This document shows, one piece after another, positions 1-13,539 of a stretch of DNA of 64,000 nt; position 1 is the stretch's first letter; every line of letters starts with the position of its first letter. Source of the DNA: Geosiphon pyriformis uo1 (Eukaryota; Fungi; Glomeromycota). The notes below the pieces were generated by a model that saw nothing but the letters and a program-made list of their open reading frames with translations, was not told where the DNA came from and did not search any database. The translations under genes were made by a program, and so were the position numbers. Where the stretch lies: NCBI GenBank assembly GCA_016748015.1, contig JAAOMT010000595.1:190282-254281 (forward strand), read 5' to 3'.

Positions 1-863
1 ATACCTATTAACTAAATACTAATATCTTAGTTTTTTTTTTTTTTTTTTTTGTTGTTTACTAATTGATTAAAGAGATTAAGTGCTAAGTATTTGACATTAA
101 GAATAGTTTGATAAAAAACTTGAAAACAAAGTAAAAATTTAAAGATAGCTTATCAAAAAGGCATAACTGCCAGAATAAATCAGCCACTATGCTGAAAAAA
201 AAATTTACAAAAAAAACCATCAATTGAATCTCTGTTTATTATACAAAAAACTCAAACAAAACCTTCAGATCATAAAAATCTTCAGAAATTATTAATATTT
301 TCAGCTATTAAGCACCAAGTTATGGGTTTGTTATTTGTTTCAACATCCAAATAATTATTTGTAATATTTAGTACTCTCTGTAAAATATAATTTAACAAAA
401 AACCAGCACCAACAGCAATTATCTAAAAAAATAGCAGAATTAGAAATAACAGAAATAAACCATTTAGAATTTGTTAAATTCTTATTTCAATATTATCAAA
501 CTTATCTTGGACTAACAAATAATTATTGACCAGCAGAATCAGTTTTCAATTTTTATGTTAACAAAAAAATTAAATCTTACTTAGAAAACCAAGAAGATCC
601 AAAAGCTGTTCTCAAAAATTTCTACAGTAAATTACTCCAAAGCATCATGCTTTTACAAAATTATATGTTTGCCCCACTAATTACAGAGATAAATCAAAAA
701 ATTAAGAATTACACCCAACAAAAATTTTTTATTACCTTTGTAAATAAAGAGAAATTACAAATTCCAGCAGAAATACCAAGAAAAATACAACTACTTACTT
801 GAAAGAAACCAAGAGTTGTTTTATTTATTCACTTGTTATATCATCATATATTAGAAAGTACTG
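1..863 (+). mobile_element. 5' fragment of a family-1 Ty3/Gypsy element: 3' part of the 5' LTR (1-366), decayed PBS (369-385) and N-terminal gag-frame region, cut off by the LINE
   Basis: Collinear with the reverse complement of ~47390-48340. LTR ends GTAATA (decayed GTAACA), followed by TTTAGTACTCTCTGTAAA (decayed TTTGGTGCTCTCTGTGAG). Peptide FVKFLFQYY...PAESVFNFYVNKKI matches the element at 47.4-47.8 kb. Confidence 0.85.
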
Positions 864-999
864 ATTTTTTTTTCTTGTCAAATCTTTAATTATAACAAAA
901 ACAAAAACTTATTAAAGAACTAGCTTTTCTTTTCTTTTTTTTTTGTTTCCTTTTAGTTATTTTTTTTAGTATATTTTTTTTGTTGTGATAAAACTAATA

Positions 1000-2870
1000 A
1001 ATATGCCTGTTAATAGTTCTGGTTCTGGTTTGACTAATTTGGAGATCTACTTAAATGCCAAAAAAATGTGTAGAAAGTGTATACTCTTATGATGTATTTT
1101 ATAAAAAGCTAAAGAAACTTGAAGTTAATAGTGATATAATTGACTTATCTGTTGGCTCTCTAAGCTTAAATAATATTAGTGGCTTTGGCATTAGACTTAT
1201 AGTGTTTTAGAGAAGCAATATTAGTAGTATTGCAAGTAATATTAGTGGTTTTTTAAATATAAAAAACATGATTGCAAAAAAAACAAGTTATACAAATTCA
1301 AATACTACTGTAGATAATAAGAATATAGATGAAACCATGCTGAAAAAAACTTATACTTAAACATATGTGTTGGACCATTTACTAAAAATGTTCTTATTTA
1401 ATAATATAAGTAATAATAATATTGTTTTAGTGTTTCTATTTCTTAAGTTTGTTGGCTTTAAGCAGTTGCTATTAGTCAAGTCATGTGTTTTGAAAAAATG
1501 AAACTTCAAATCAGTTAAATTATTTATATTGAATGTTAATCTGTCTGTTGTACTTAATAAGACTAATAATAACAAATTAATTGTTGTAAAAAAATTTTTC
1601 TATTGTATTAATAGTTTTAAAAAAGTCTTTATTTTCTCAAAATTTTCAGATATTATTAAATCTACTTTTATTTCTAAATTAAGTTTAAGCAGGGTAAAAA
1701 AAATGGCTATTAATGAAAAATTTTAGTAAATAATGATGTTAGAAAACCAAACAATTATATTAATTAAGAAATAATTGTCAAAAAAATTTTGGTTGATCTT
1801 TATAAATCAGCTGTAAAATCAGTTTTTTCCAAATTTGGTAAGATGATTTCAATTAATATACAATTGATTAGTCTTTGGCAAAAGGTCTTGGTAAAATATA
1901 AATTATTTGAAATTGCTGATTTAGTTGTTTCTAAGTGCTCTGTTTTTATAAAAAAAAATTCTGTGCATATAGTTAAGGCTGTTTATAACAAACAAATATA
2001 AGTATTAAGAAATTTTTATTAAACTTTGTTGTATATTTTGCCAATTAACACTACTGTTCATAATTTATTTGATTTATTGGTGTTATATGGTAAAAAAACT
2101 TGTTTTATTGACCATAATCCAAATTCTTATGTATGTAACAAATGCACTGTGGTTTTTTTTGCCAATAAAGTATTCAAAAAAGCTGTTATTGGTTTTACTT
2201 TAGTTTTCAAAAGTGTGAATTTGTGTTAGGCTGGTCTTTTTTTGGCCTGTTATGCTTAGTGCAAATAATTTGGTTATGTTTTTGGTACATGTTTAATAAG
2301 TAAGAATCTGGATAATCATAGTAAATAGATGGTCAATTCTTAAGATCAAATTTGTTTGGCAAATATATATAAGAAGAAACAGATACCAATTGCTTACCTA
2401 GTTTTTTTTAATGAAAAAACTTGGGCTTAAATTGCTGGTAATTCTACTTCTTATATGATGTCTTTAGTTTTTATTGGTGTTAGTTTATCTTCAAATGCTA
2501 AATTTTTTCTACTGGTCTCTTTAAATATAAATAATAAATTTGGTGCTTTTGAGCACAGTTTTATTAGGTTTGCAAAATAAGTCAACAAGCTGGCTAAAAA
2601 GTTGAATGTATTTAAGCCAATAATTTCTTAGCAAAGTTCTAAAAGTCAGTTGTTGATGACTTTTTTATCACAGAATTAAGGGGCAAATATAGTAATAAGT
2701 AAGGATTTAGGTGTGACCACTAATAGTGAAACTGTTGTAAAAGTGGTAGTTTTTGATTCATTAGTTGTTTTAAAGTTAAAAAAAATATGAACAATTTGTC
2801 AATTATAATTATGAATTTAATGGCCAAAATAAACAATTTTGGTTTAAATACAAAAGATTTTTCTTTTTAA
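1000..2870 (+). pseudogene. LINE ORF1 remnant (gag-like nucleic-acid-binding protein with CCHC knuckle)
   Basis: Stop-riddled frame containing ACYA*CK*FGYVFGTC (decayed Cx2Cx4Hx4C), upstream of the endonuclease. Confidence 0.7.
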
Positions 2871-5800
2871 TAATTGATCTGATATAAAAAATTGCTATGT
2901 GTAATATTAAAAATATCAATATCCTTGCTAAGCAAGAAAATATTGTCTATTAACATACTAGTTTAGGTAATATAATCTTTATTATCATGAAAACAAAGTT
3001 GAAATTTAACATTAAGTCTTAGATTGTTAATAAGTTTGATAATATACAAATTTTCATTTCTGGTTTAGATAACAGTTTTCTCAGTGCTAAAATAACTATT
3101 ATTATAAACAACTTTCTGGTTTATCATGTTTTTAAAATAAAAAAAGTTTTCAGTCATGTTATTTCAGTTTAGCTTCTCTTTAAAAGTCATAATTTTGGGT
3201 TTGTATGCTAATGTGTTTGCTAAAACTAAGTTTAGTTAAGCTGTAAAAGTCAACTTTTTTATTGCTAAAGCTGTTAACTTTAGTACTTTTGTGATTTTAA
3301 AAAAAGATTTCAATAAAAACAAGTCTAAAAAGAGTGCAAGCTTCAAGTTCTATTCAGATTTGAGTTTGTTTAATTTGTTTAATGAACATTTATTGGTTGA
3401 AATTTTTATCTGAAACAACTCAAGAAGTGTTATAAAAGTCATTAATTTTATTTTTGTAAGTAAAAGTCTGTTATCAGCAGTTGTTAATTAAAGGATTATC
3501 TCAGTGTTTGGCTTTTTTAATACTAATCACAAGGCTGTTTCAGTTTCAATTAGTTTAAGTAGTTTTTTAAATATGTGTTTAAATAGTATATATAAACAAG
3601 CTAACAGAAATTATTGGAAATTCAGAATAAAAGATGCAGATAAGATCAAATAAATCTGCTTTAAAAAGTGTTTCTCTAATGAATTATTAACTCTAGTAAA
3701 TATATTTACAAATACAAATGTTTCTGGAAATTTGGATTTAATGTAAAATGTGCTGAAAAATGTGATAGTAAAGTCAGCAGATAAAGTTTTTTTTAAGCAT
3801 TAATTCAGTATTTTTGATTGCTTAAAAAACAAATATTTTTTGAAATTTTTCAGATTGAAACTGCTGGCTACTAAGATGGTTAAAGCTTTAAAATTAGAAC
3901 ATATGATTAGGATAAATTTTCTGCTTTACTTTTGGTTGGCTGTTAATAAGAACAGAGCTTTAGAGGTACAAACTTTATTTCAGAATAAAGCCAAATCTAT
4001 GGATATTTTCAGTTGTTTGCTTAATATTAAGAAAAGTTATTATAAATTCAAATTGTTTAAGTTCAAGACTGCTAATATGACTGCTATTAAACTTGCAATA
4101 GAGAAAAAAATAGAAAATTTCTGTTTGGACAAAGACTGCATAATCAAAAATATATTGGAAAAACCTTTTTACAAAGTGATATTAAATTATTTAGTGGTTA
4201 ATAAAAAACTGATTTTGGAACTTAATAATATTAAAACTAATATTAATACTATTATAAAAGAATAGATCAAAAAATAGATGGTCTCTGAACATTTGTCTGG
4301 ACTTTGGACTAATTAGTATGCTTTTTTGAGCTATATGAAAAATAATGTATTTTTGAACATTATAAATGCTGTTAATTTTGAGAATTTGGTTTAAATAGTC
4401 AAAAATTTGCTGAATAAAAAAATTATTGATTTAAGTGGCATTTTTAATAAGTTGTGAAAGCATTGTGGTAACAATGTTTTTAGGTGTTTTTTGTATTTTC
4501 TAAATATGTGCTTAACTTTAGATATAGTTTTTACTTTGTGGAAAAAAGCTTGGGTTTTAATAATACCTAAATTTTATAACTAAGATGAAGTTTTAATAAA
4601 CATTTAGTCTATTGCTCTAATTAAAACAGCCAAAAAAATTTTTTCAAAGCTTTTCTTAGATCAGATCTTTTTTGTTTATAGTAGATTTAATGTTTTTTAT
4701 AAGAACAACTTTTCTGTTTTAAAGAGTATTTTAATGTAGTCTTCTATTTTTGCTGTTGGTTTAATAATTAAAAACACTTTAGAGAAGAACAAAAAGGTTT
4801 GGTTAGTCTTGTAAGACATATATAAGACATATAAATATTGGTTGGACTTATTTGAGAACTAGTTTGCAATGGATCAAGATATATAAGAAGTTTATTAGTT
4901 TTTTTGATAATATTTATAAAAATAAGATAAATAAGATAATAACAAACTTTGGTCTTATTAATAGCTATTAGATATATAATAATTTAGATTAAAGTAAAAT
5001 ATTCTCTTTTTTTTTTGGCAGATTTTTTACAATCTTCTTTTGTGCAAAGTTAAAAGACATGAATATTTATGGCTGAGACTAGTAGAATTGAGACTATAGA
5101 AAAAAAAACTTCTTTTTTTACAGTTGGTATTTTTGTTAATAATATTATTTGAGTTGAAAACAGTTAGACATCTATACAATATATATTAAACATTACCAGT
5201 AAATTTTATTTCATCAATAATATTATAATTAACAATAATAAAACTATAGTTATTTCTATTAATCATAAAATTAAAGATATTGTTCTTTGAATTAGTAGTT
5301 TGCTGATTTCAATTGCCAAAAATAATAAGCCATATAAATACTTTGAATTTTTTTTATTAATTAATGATCTTTCTAAGTTTAATCTATCCAAAACTTATTC
5401 TAATATTAAGTTTTTCTTTAATATAGTGTTGAAAAAGACTATTATAGATAAACAGTTCTTTTATCTGGTGTTAGCAGTTCTGTAATCTATAATTAATTAT
5501 TAGTTTTAGTTCAGTTTTATTTTATCTGATATGTGCCATAAGTAGAATATTATAATTAGAAAGAGACTTAAATTAAAGGCCAATTTAGCAAAAAACTTTC
5601 TTAATAAGACTTTATATTATTTGTTTCTTTATGGTTTGAAGCCTTTTAAGTAGGTTTAGGCTAAAAAAAAGTTAGCTTTAGTAGTTACTTTTTTTAATGC
5701 TCTTGACATTCTTAGATGTTTATTTAAACACAAGTTTTTGAATTTGCAGGTTTTGGAGTAGGCTTTTTTAGATCTTCTGCAATTTTCCATTAAGTTATAT

Positions 5801-7513
5801 GTTAATCCAGTGAACAATTTTTTGGCTGGAGTGGTAAAATTTTTTTTGCTTAATAAGTTATTTATAACAAATAATTTGTTTAGTGTATTCTATAGTTTTG
5901 GAAGATTTTTAATGTTAGATATTCTGAAAAGATTTTTGTACTACAAGTCAGTATATTTTTTAAAAAAATTTGGTATTGCATTTGGAAACAGATTGCTAGA
6001 CAAAAAAGATAACATAATAGATTAAAAAACTTTTTGGCATTGGAAAAAGTTGGATTTTAAGGGTTTTATGTCTTACTGATTTGTTTTGACTTTGGAATTT
6101 TTGCATAATAAGAGTGCTTTGAAGATGAGTTCTGTTAAAACTGATGGTTTTTTTGACACAAACATTCTAATTTCCAGTGAATTTTTAAAGATGCATAAGA
6201 ATTTGTTTGAGATTTGGTCAAAAGCTATTAATATGTATATAGATAAATCTTTAAGAAATGTGAATTTAGCTAAGATTGCTTATAAGGCTGTTATGTATTT
6301 TTCAGCTGTAAATATGAGCATTAGTGTTGCTGTTTATAGGCTTTTGTTTTCTATAATAACTAAATTACAGACTGTTATTTTTTTTTTAAAGTGTGTTTTT
6401 TTTTTTTGTATAATTATTATACATCTGAACAGTTAGATTGCTATTAATGTTTGTGTTTTTAAAGCCGAAATTGTTGCACCTGACTTTTACAATAAGTGTT
6501 AATTGAAAAAAAAACATATTGATAATTTGATAAGAGATAAAAATTTCTTAATTAAGTAAGTAAAAATCAAGAGTTATTTAGGTATTTTAGACAATATTAA
6601 AGTTAACTTGATAACAAAAATGGCTGCTGTTTTTTTTTTTCTTTACTTATTGGTATAAGTAAATAGTATGTAATAGCTAAAAGCACAGCTATATTTGACA
6701 ATATTTGTTATTTTGTTTATGACATTTATAAATTTATTAGTTGTATTAAATAGAAAGCTAGCCTTGGTCATAATGTGGTCTTTTGTGTCTTGATTAGAAA
6801 TGTAAACTAAGTATTTACTATACAAGTTTGACATCTTAATTTACATATACTATCTGGATTTATTAATAAAGAATTGATTAATTTGTTTACCTATTTAATA
6901 AAAGTTTTGTATAAACAGCTGCTAATAATGATTAAGAAAAAATTATATAACAAATTGTATCCTGGGGTTTTGTGTTTATTTTGTGGTAAGATTAAATTAC
7001 TAGATTATGTTTTTATTTTTATTAATAATGCTAATATTTATAAAAAATTTTTGGTAAGAGTTTTAATTATTTGGATTTTTTTGGTTGGTATCTGTAATTT
7101 TTTTTTTGCCATTTTAGAAACTATTTCCAGGTGTTTGTCAAATGTAAAATTGTATATTGTAGTCTGCAAAGGCTTCATGTTAAGAGATTAATATAGAAAA
7201 ATTATTATAGTATTTAAGAAAAAAAAGAAGACTGTTATGACAATAATTAAATTGATAAGACATTTAGTAGAGAAATATTGTTCAAAAATTTGGTTTGTGA
7301 GATTTAAACATAGAGTAAATATGAAAAAAACCAGTTTGGTTGATAACAGTAATATAATATCTGAATTATTTTGTAGTTTTACAAAAAGATTGTTAGATAA
7401 GGTGGTTTATTTGCTCAATATAGTTAAATTTTTTGTTGTTAGTTTTGGCAGAGATGTGTTATGTTTTTTTTTCTGAATTAAGTGATACTGTTAGTATTTA
7501 TGTAGATATATAA
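2870..7513 (+). pseudogene. LINE ORF2 remnant: apurinic-type endonuclease, reverse transcriptase, RNase H, C-terminal zinc motif
   Basis: KIAMCNIKNIN (=KIATCNVRGIN), VILKKDFNK (=GGDFN), INFIFVS and NTNHKAV (=IDFI, DTDH), WKKAWVLIIPK, LD*SKIFS (=LDQGEVFSP), GIFVNNII (=AFVDD, ~5125-5150), MYIDKSL (=YTDGS), KIKSYLG (=KVKGHSG), CLFCGKIKLLDYVF. Confidence 0.88.
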
Positions 7514-10056
7514 TGTTGTTTTGTTTAGTCTAAGTAACTAGTTATATGTAGTAAATATGTGAATTATATTTAGTTTGGACTATTTAGTCTGGTTTTGTAT
7601 ATTAGATAGTAATTGGACTTTACTCGTAAAATAGTAATAAAAAAAAATAGTTAAATATATATACAAAAATATAATTAGTTTTAAAAACAAAACTAAGTAA
7701 TTAAAATTTAATATATTAAACAATTTAATTATATATTAATTAAATTAACTTTAACAAATATATTATTATTATTATTATTTAAAATAAAAAAAGATAATTA
7801 TTTATAGTTAAATTGAAATTAAATATTATAATTAGTAAAAATACCAAAAAATTAAAAAAAAACCAATATTTTATTTCTTACAAAAAAAAATCAGTTTTAA
7901 ATTAAAAATAATACTTTAAAAATAGCAAATAAAATTATATAAAAAAAAATTAAAATTAAAATCATTAATTAAGCTTATAATTTTGGTTAAATCTTAAATA
8001 TTTGAACTTTAATATTAATTTAATATTTTATTTTAAGCTTGTAATATTAATGTTTTTAATAATATTGTGGTTTTTTATATTTTAATTATTAATATTATAT
8101 TTTACAAAATCTATTTGTATTTATATATAAACCAATAAAAATTTTTTTGCTTATTTTTTAATATATAATACTTACTAATAAAAAAGGTTTTATTTTATTT
8201 ATATGACAAATTTGTTAAAACAATGTTTTAATATTAAAAAGTTAACTTACAAATGATACTTATTTTTGAATTTGTAAACCTATCCAAAAATAACTACAAT
8301 AGACTGTAATTTCAAGACTTACAATAGTACTTTATTACAAGCTACAAAATTGAAGAATTTTCTATTAATTATAATATTAAAAAAGTCACGTATATGTAAT
8401 TGTGGAAAGTAAATTTAAGTAGTCCGAGTAAAGGAGGCTAATTCCTATTCCCGAGATAAATTATAAAGTTATTATTAGAATGGTTCAACGTAGTAAGTTT
8501 GAAAAGATTCCCTGAAAATCTTTAGCTTATTTGGCCTGTGTGAGAAAACGAGTTTTTTTCCGAAACTTTGATACTTTACGGTGAATGTAAAATTTCACAA
8601 TTCACAAATCAAATTTCGTATCGAAATTTCCGAATCAATTGAAAATTAGATCTCGACCATTAAGTTTTGAAATTAGATATTTGGAGCGAAAACGTTTTTG
8701 AATCAAGTCATGAGCTAAAGTAATTTGTTACAGATCTATACAAAAATATTATTGCACACCCAACAAACAAAAGTTTAAACAGCTAAGATTTCCAAATCTT
8801 GAGCCTTAATTATTCAATAATTAATTTTCTTCGGAAGCATCTCATCTTCAAACTATACTTGGAAATTGTGAATTTCATTTTTACTAAAGATATTCAAAAT
8901 TTAATTTCGAGAAATCCAGCAAAATGTGAATATATTCGTTTGAAACTGGTTTTGTTCTGAAATGTGACCAAAAATCTCCACAAAAATAAAAAACCTTTTC
9001 TCCATCCCGACAAACCAACTTTTCTCTAGAACCATTCGGTCACATTTGATCTTTTTGATGTTTTATGATCTAGCTCTGAAGGCTTCAATCCCCTAACCTA
9101 TAAATTTTTTCTCGCACTCAAAATTGGATGCTCAATCATTATTTAGGAATTGAATGATCATTATATTCAAAAACCCCCAAAAATGAAATTCTTCTTTGGG
9201 AAAGTACCTTCTCTGCTGTCCTACCATCCACAACTGCCTTCTCGGGATATATTTAATGTAATCTATGTTGTCATCAAATATTTTGTTTTTAAAGATAAAC
9301 ATTTTATTAATCTTTTGATTATATTATATTATATTTTTAGTATTGTATGTCGCCAAAGTTCGATTTCCCGAAATTCTTGCTCCAAAAGTTGTTTGTCTCA
9401 CCAGTTTGAATAAAAGTCGGATAGATAAAACTATCCAAATTAGTAAAGCACACGTTGCAACTCGCGAGATTTCATTTTACAAAGAAACAATGAGACCTGC
9501 TGATAGACTAACTTTTTTACTGGAGGCTGCATCTATAAAAAAATCTTTTTTTTAATAAATGAAAAAATATAATACATGTGTCCTGAGTCCGAAGCTGAAG
9601 CTCACACATTTTTTGTCTATTGAGTAGTTTCTGTCCTCTTTTTCATTTCGTGTCATTTATCTTCGGTTCTTGCTCAACCTTCCCAAGGAAATATTCTTGT
9701 TTCTCCACATATTATTGCTCTTTGGACTGTTTATTTTTTGTTGTTGAGTTTCACGTCTCTTTATTGTGGCCCTTTCGAAGCTGGTCTTACATAAACATTA
9801 CCAACATAAATCAACGCTCACAACAAATCCAAAGCCGTTTAAAACAATATTATCATCCTATCGCTTTGTGACTCGTCACATTCATTGAAATTTTTTTGTA
9901 CAGTTTTCAAATATCCTGTTCCAGAGAAAAGTGTCAATTTGACTATCTCAAACATAGTTTATCGTTTTCTTGCGCCCTTTCATTTGATTTTATATAGTTG
10001 AATTATATATTTTTTCCCTTTCTATCGCGTTTGCTTCTTTCTAATCAATTGCAATT

Positions 10057-13000
10057 ATGCACACAGCAACTATGGTTACCCATTCACCTACAACACCAAC
10101 TTTAAAACTTGGTTTTTTTGATACTTTGTCAGATTTCAAACAACGCATACGTCCTAGATTACATATGCGAGATAACTCACTTGCATCTGACACTTCAGTA
10201 TTCACAAATGAATCAGGGCAATCGGAAGTTAGTACTAGTACCGATTCTTCCTTATCCACTGAGTATCAACCGATCCACGAGCTATCACCTTTGCCAGAAT
10301 ACCCGGAAGAATTACCATTTGATTCAGAAACTGTTACGACTTCTAGTTCATTTATCACTTCAACAGAAAGTGGCGGTAAACCATCATCACAACCTTCCTC
10401 CACAGCTCCATCCATAATATCTTCTCCATCTACAAAAAGATCCACATTCAGCGCAATCAAAGGTGCTCTTAATAGTCGACCACGAGGTACAAGACATGTT
10501 GAAAGAATGTTCACTGAACTAAATCTTCCAATTCCCTCAGGACAAGAAACAATTTTGTTTGGCGGTTATGTAGCAAAGTGGACTTCAAAATTATTCAAAA
10601 AAAATTCAAAAGATTTCTTGGTTTTGACGCAAAAATGTTTATGCCGGTTCAAAAGTTCAGAAAGGGTTATAAAAACATTTGACAGCGTATCCTCTTTATC
10701 TATATGTATGACACCTTGTATCGATGAATCATTTTTATCAAGACAAACAACAAAAATGTCACGTAATTCACCAAATGCTTCATCTCTTGAATTCTTTAAT
10801 AAGAAAGTCGTTACTGCTGATAATATCCTTCTCAGTTTATCAACTGTTTACTCAGTCAGTCAACAGATATCTCCAGAGCTCATGATCAGGATTAATTATA
10901 TTACATCACCAAAGAAACATGCTTATCTCTCGATATATTCCGAGACACTTGAGGAACACGAACAATGGCTGAATGCGTTACGACCCGCTATTCGACAAGC
11001 TGAATCAATTGGTCCATATTTAACCGAAACACAACGTCGGTGGGTCACTGAACGATTACAGAGTGTCGATGATTTTGGTGATGATGACATTGTTGAGAAT
11101 AATTTAATAGCATTTCGAGTGTCATTGAACACGTTATCAGACAAAGGGCCAACAAGTGAGAGTGGAAAAGAACTGCACATTCCGGTAATGTTTGTTATGG
11201 GAAGGAACAATATATATTTATTACCTACAAATATGAATCATGATGGCACGCCAAACGATAATCGAAGATCAAGTAAAACATATCGATTTGATAACACCCT
11301 AAATAGTAATACAAATAATATGTCTCCACAATTTCAATATCCACTTCTGGTTGAAGAAACTAGACCCAAAGATATCGATATTCACAAGTATCAATATCCA
11401 TTACTCTGCTTGACTGGTATACACGCTGAGGGCAAAGATGATACTTTTAAACTGAGTTTCAAAAATCATAGTAATGGATCAATGATACGCACAATGCTTC
11501 TTTCTTCAGCATTGTCCGAGAATATTGTGACCTCCATAAGAACTGCTATTGATGCGATCACAATCTGGTGGCCAGAACCTAGTTATAGATTATGTGTACC
11601 TAATATGATGCAAGCAACAATGGTACCTGAGGAGGCTGGCAAAAAAGCGACTAAAGGGTCAGGATTTGAACGAATGATTGAAGCTCAATGCTATGCATTT
11701 CGAGTTGATCGTGAACGGATCGCGTATTCGATTGAGTACGTAATGAGTCAGAAACGAGGGACTCTTAGTTTAGATATTGAACATTTACCATTTCGATTTG
11801 TCCTATTGACACCCAATGATGAATCACCAGAGGGGAGTACCTACACGAATGCTGAATTACTCGCAATACTTAATGCTCTAAGATATAATCCATTATTGCA
11901 TGAGGTTGTTTTCGACAATATTAGTTTATTTGATCTGCAAATCCAACCAGGACCTGAAGGTCATAAAGGGGAAAACATGTTGGCCGCTGAACTTTATGAT
12001 CTTTTATTATCGAATCCAAAATTACGAAAATTAGATTTGACTGGATGTGGAACTACCGGAGATACTATCTCAGCAATTGGTTATGCTCTAATGACTGGCC
12101 AATCGTCATTAGAACGACTTGTGTTGGCAAATAACTCCTTGACTAGAGATGGGGCTCATGCTTTAGCAGGTGGAATTGCAAGTCATGGTACACCAATTCG
12201 AGAACTTGATGTTTCCAATGGAAATCTCGAACAGAAAAGCCTCGAAACAATCTTGGATGCGCTAAATAACAATTTCCCAGAACAACTGGAGGCACTCAAT
12301 CTTTCAAAAAATAGTTGTGATATTGATCCAGACATTTTGGTGGAATATTTAGCCAAAACGGTCGCTCTAAAGAATCTAAATCTTCGGAATTGCTCACGTT
12401 TCTTCAAAAAATCTACGCCAATAATCTCAATTTACACATTAGGTGAAACAAATCTCACAACTTTGGATTTGGGTGGTGTACCTCTGAATAAACCAAAACA
12501 CACCAATGCACTTTTTGAATACATCGAATCCCGAGCATTTTCCTCTTTAAGATTTTTTAGTATTGATCATTGTGGTCTGGATGGGGATGTTTTGTCTGTT
12601 ATTCTCTCGCTAATTTCCAAAGTACCTAACCGAAATAAGCTTCGGGTATGGGCAGGAGGAAACAATCTTACTGAAACTGATTTAGGTCATAAAAAGTTAT
12701 GTCAAACCATCAGAGAAAATCTGACTCCTCATTGGTTGTCAATGACCGATTGTGTATTGGGACTAAACACAAATCAAGTTGTGGAAATAATTTCAGCTTT
12801 CGCTCAGAATACCGTGATTGAAATTCTCGATCTTTCTTTCCCACATTTGGGTGCTCTGTCAATAGACAATCGACCGAATCCTATGGTTCCCGTGATTGCT
12901 AAACGTGCATGTGAACAAATAGGAAAATTGATAGGGGAGAATAAAGCTTTAAAAGAGTTGACATTACGGGGTGATGGTAATAAACGATGGGGCCCAACTC

Positions 13001-13539
13001 TAGGGGTAGCATTAAAAAAACTCGAGGGAAATTCCACATTGGATAAACTAATTATTCGTGGTAATGCAATCGGAGATGAGGGAGCAAGACATTTGTCTCA
13101 TGCTTTGATGTCAAATACTTCGCTCCGAGTGTTAAACATTGACGAAAATGAAGCAAGTATTTTAACAACTAATTTGGGGTTTTTTTCAATTTAATAACAC
13201 CTTGGTATCAAAATTCTAATTAATTGCTTCCTCCATTTATCGTAGATCGGTCTTGATGGCTACCTCATGCTTCACAGTGTTCTGACCAGTCATCTAAATA
13301 CCACGCTTCACGAATTCTCTCATCCTAACATAGACCTATTAACACATCAGCGAAATCTTGATACAAAAGTATCCATCGTGTATCGTGAATCGGCATTCTT
13401 CAGCTTACCAACCTCGAGAATAAGTGCCCGGATGGCCTCAGAGCGGCAAAAGTTTAGTTTCCATGAAATTATTGAGGAGATTTTGGCCGTAGTTCAAATG
13501 CATCAGCTACAACGGACCGCTTATTATAACAAGTTTTAG
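10057..13539 (+). CDS. PH-domain plus RNI-like leucine-rich-repeat protein, CARMIL/LRRC16-like architecture; exons 10057-13152 and 13246-13539, ~1129 aa
   Basis: 1045-codon ORF with a PH-like segment (GYVAKW..FLVLTQKCL..EQWLNAL), GFERMIEAQC...LLAILNALRYN and many LxxLxLxxN/C repeats. A GCAAGT..TAG intron joins IDENE to IGLDGY in frame and completes an LRR. Confidence 0.88.

Larger units (their letters stand above)
864..7647 (+). mobile_element. Near full-length, degenerate non-LTR retrotransposon (LINE) with ORF1 and ORF2 (APE-RT-RNaseH-Cys motif) and a poly(A) tail
   Basis: Decayed motifs in the expected order: ORF1 knuckle (~2245-2292), APE, RT, RNase H, CLFC, conserved 3' UTR, and an A-tract at ~7639-7647. 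The 5' boundary is approximate. Confidence 0.9.

Noticed and set aside
1-863. This fragment as the missing 5' end of element B (48773-55146), framing the gene island as cargo
   Set aside because: Same orientation, but most of the capsid region is absent from both pieces and no TSD or junction links them; the family is multi-copy.
1357-7476. Many short ORFs in the ORF track
   Set aside because: Fragments of mutated LINE ORF1/ORF2 or antisense noise; not independent genes.
1-7647. APOBEC-type editing during reverse transcription, or an alternative genetic code, as the cause of the stops
   Set aside because: Both G>A and C>T occur on the same strand and catalytic residues are destroyed; host genes read normally in the standard code.
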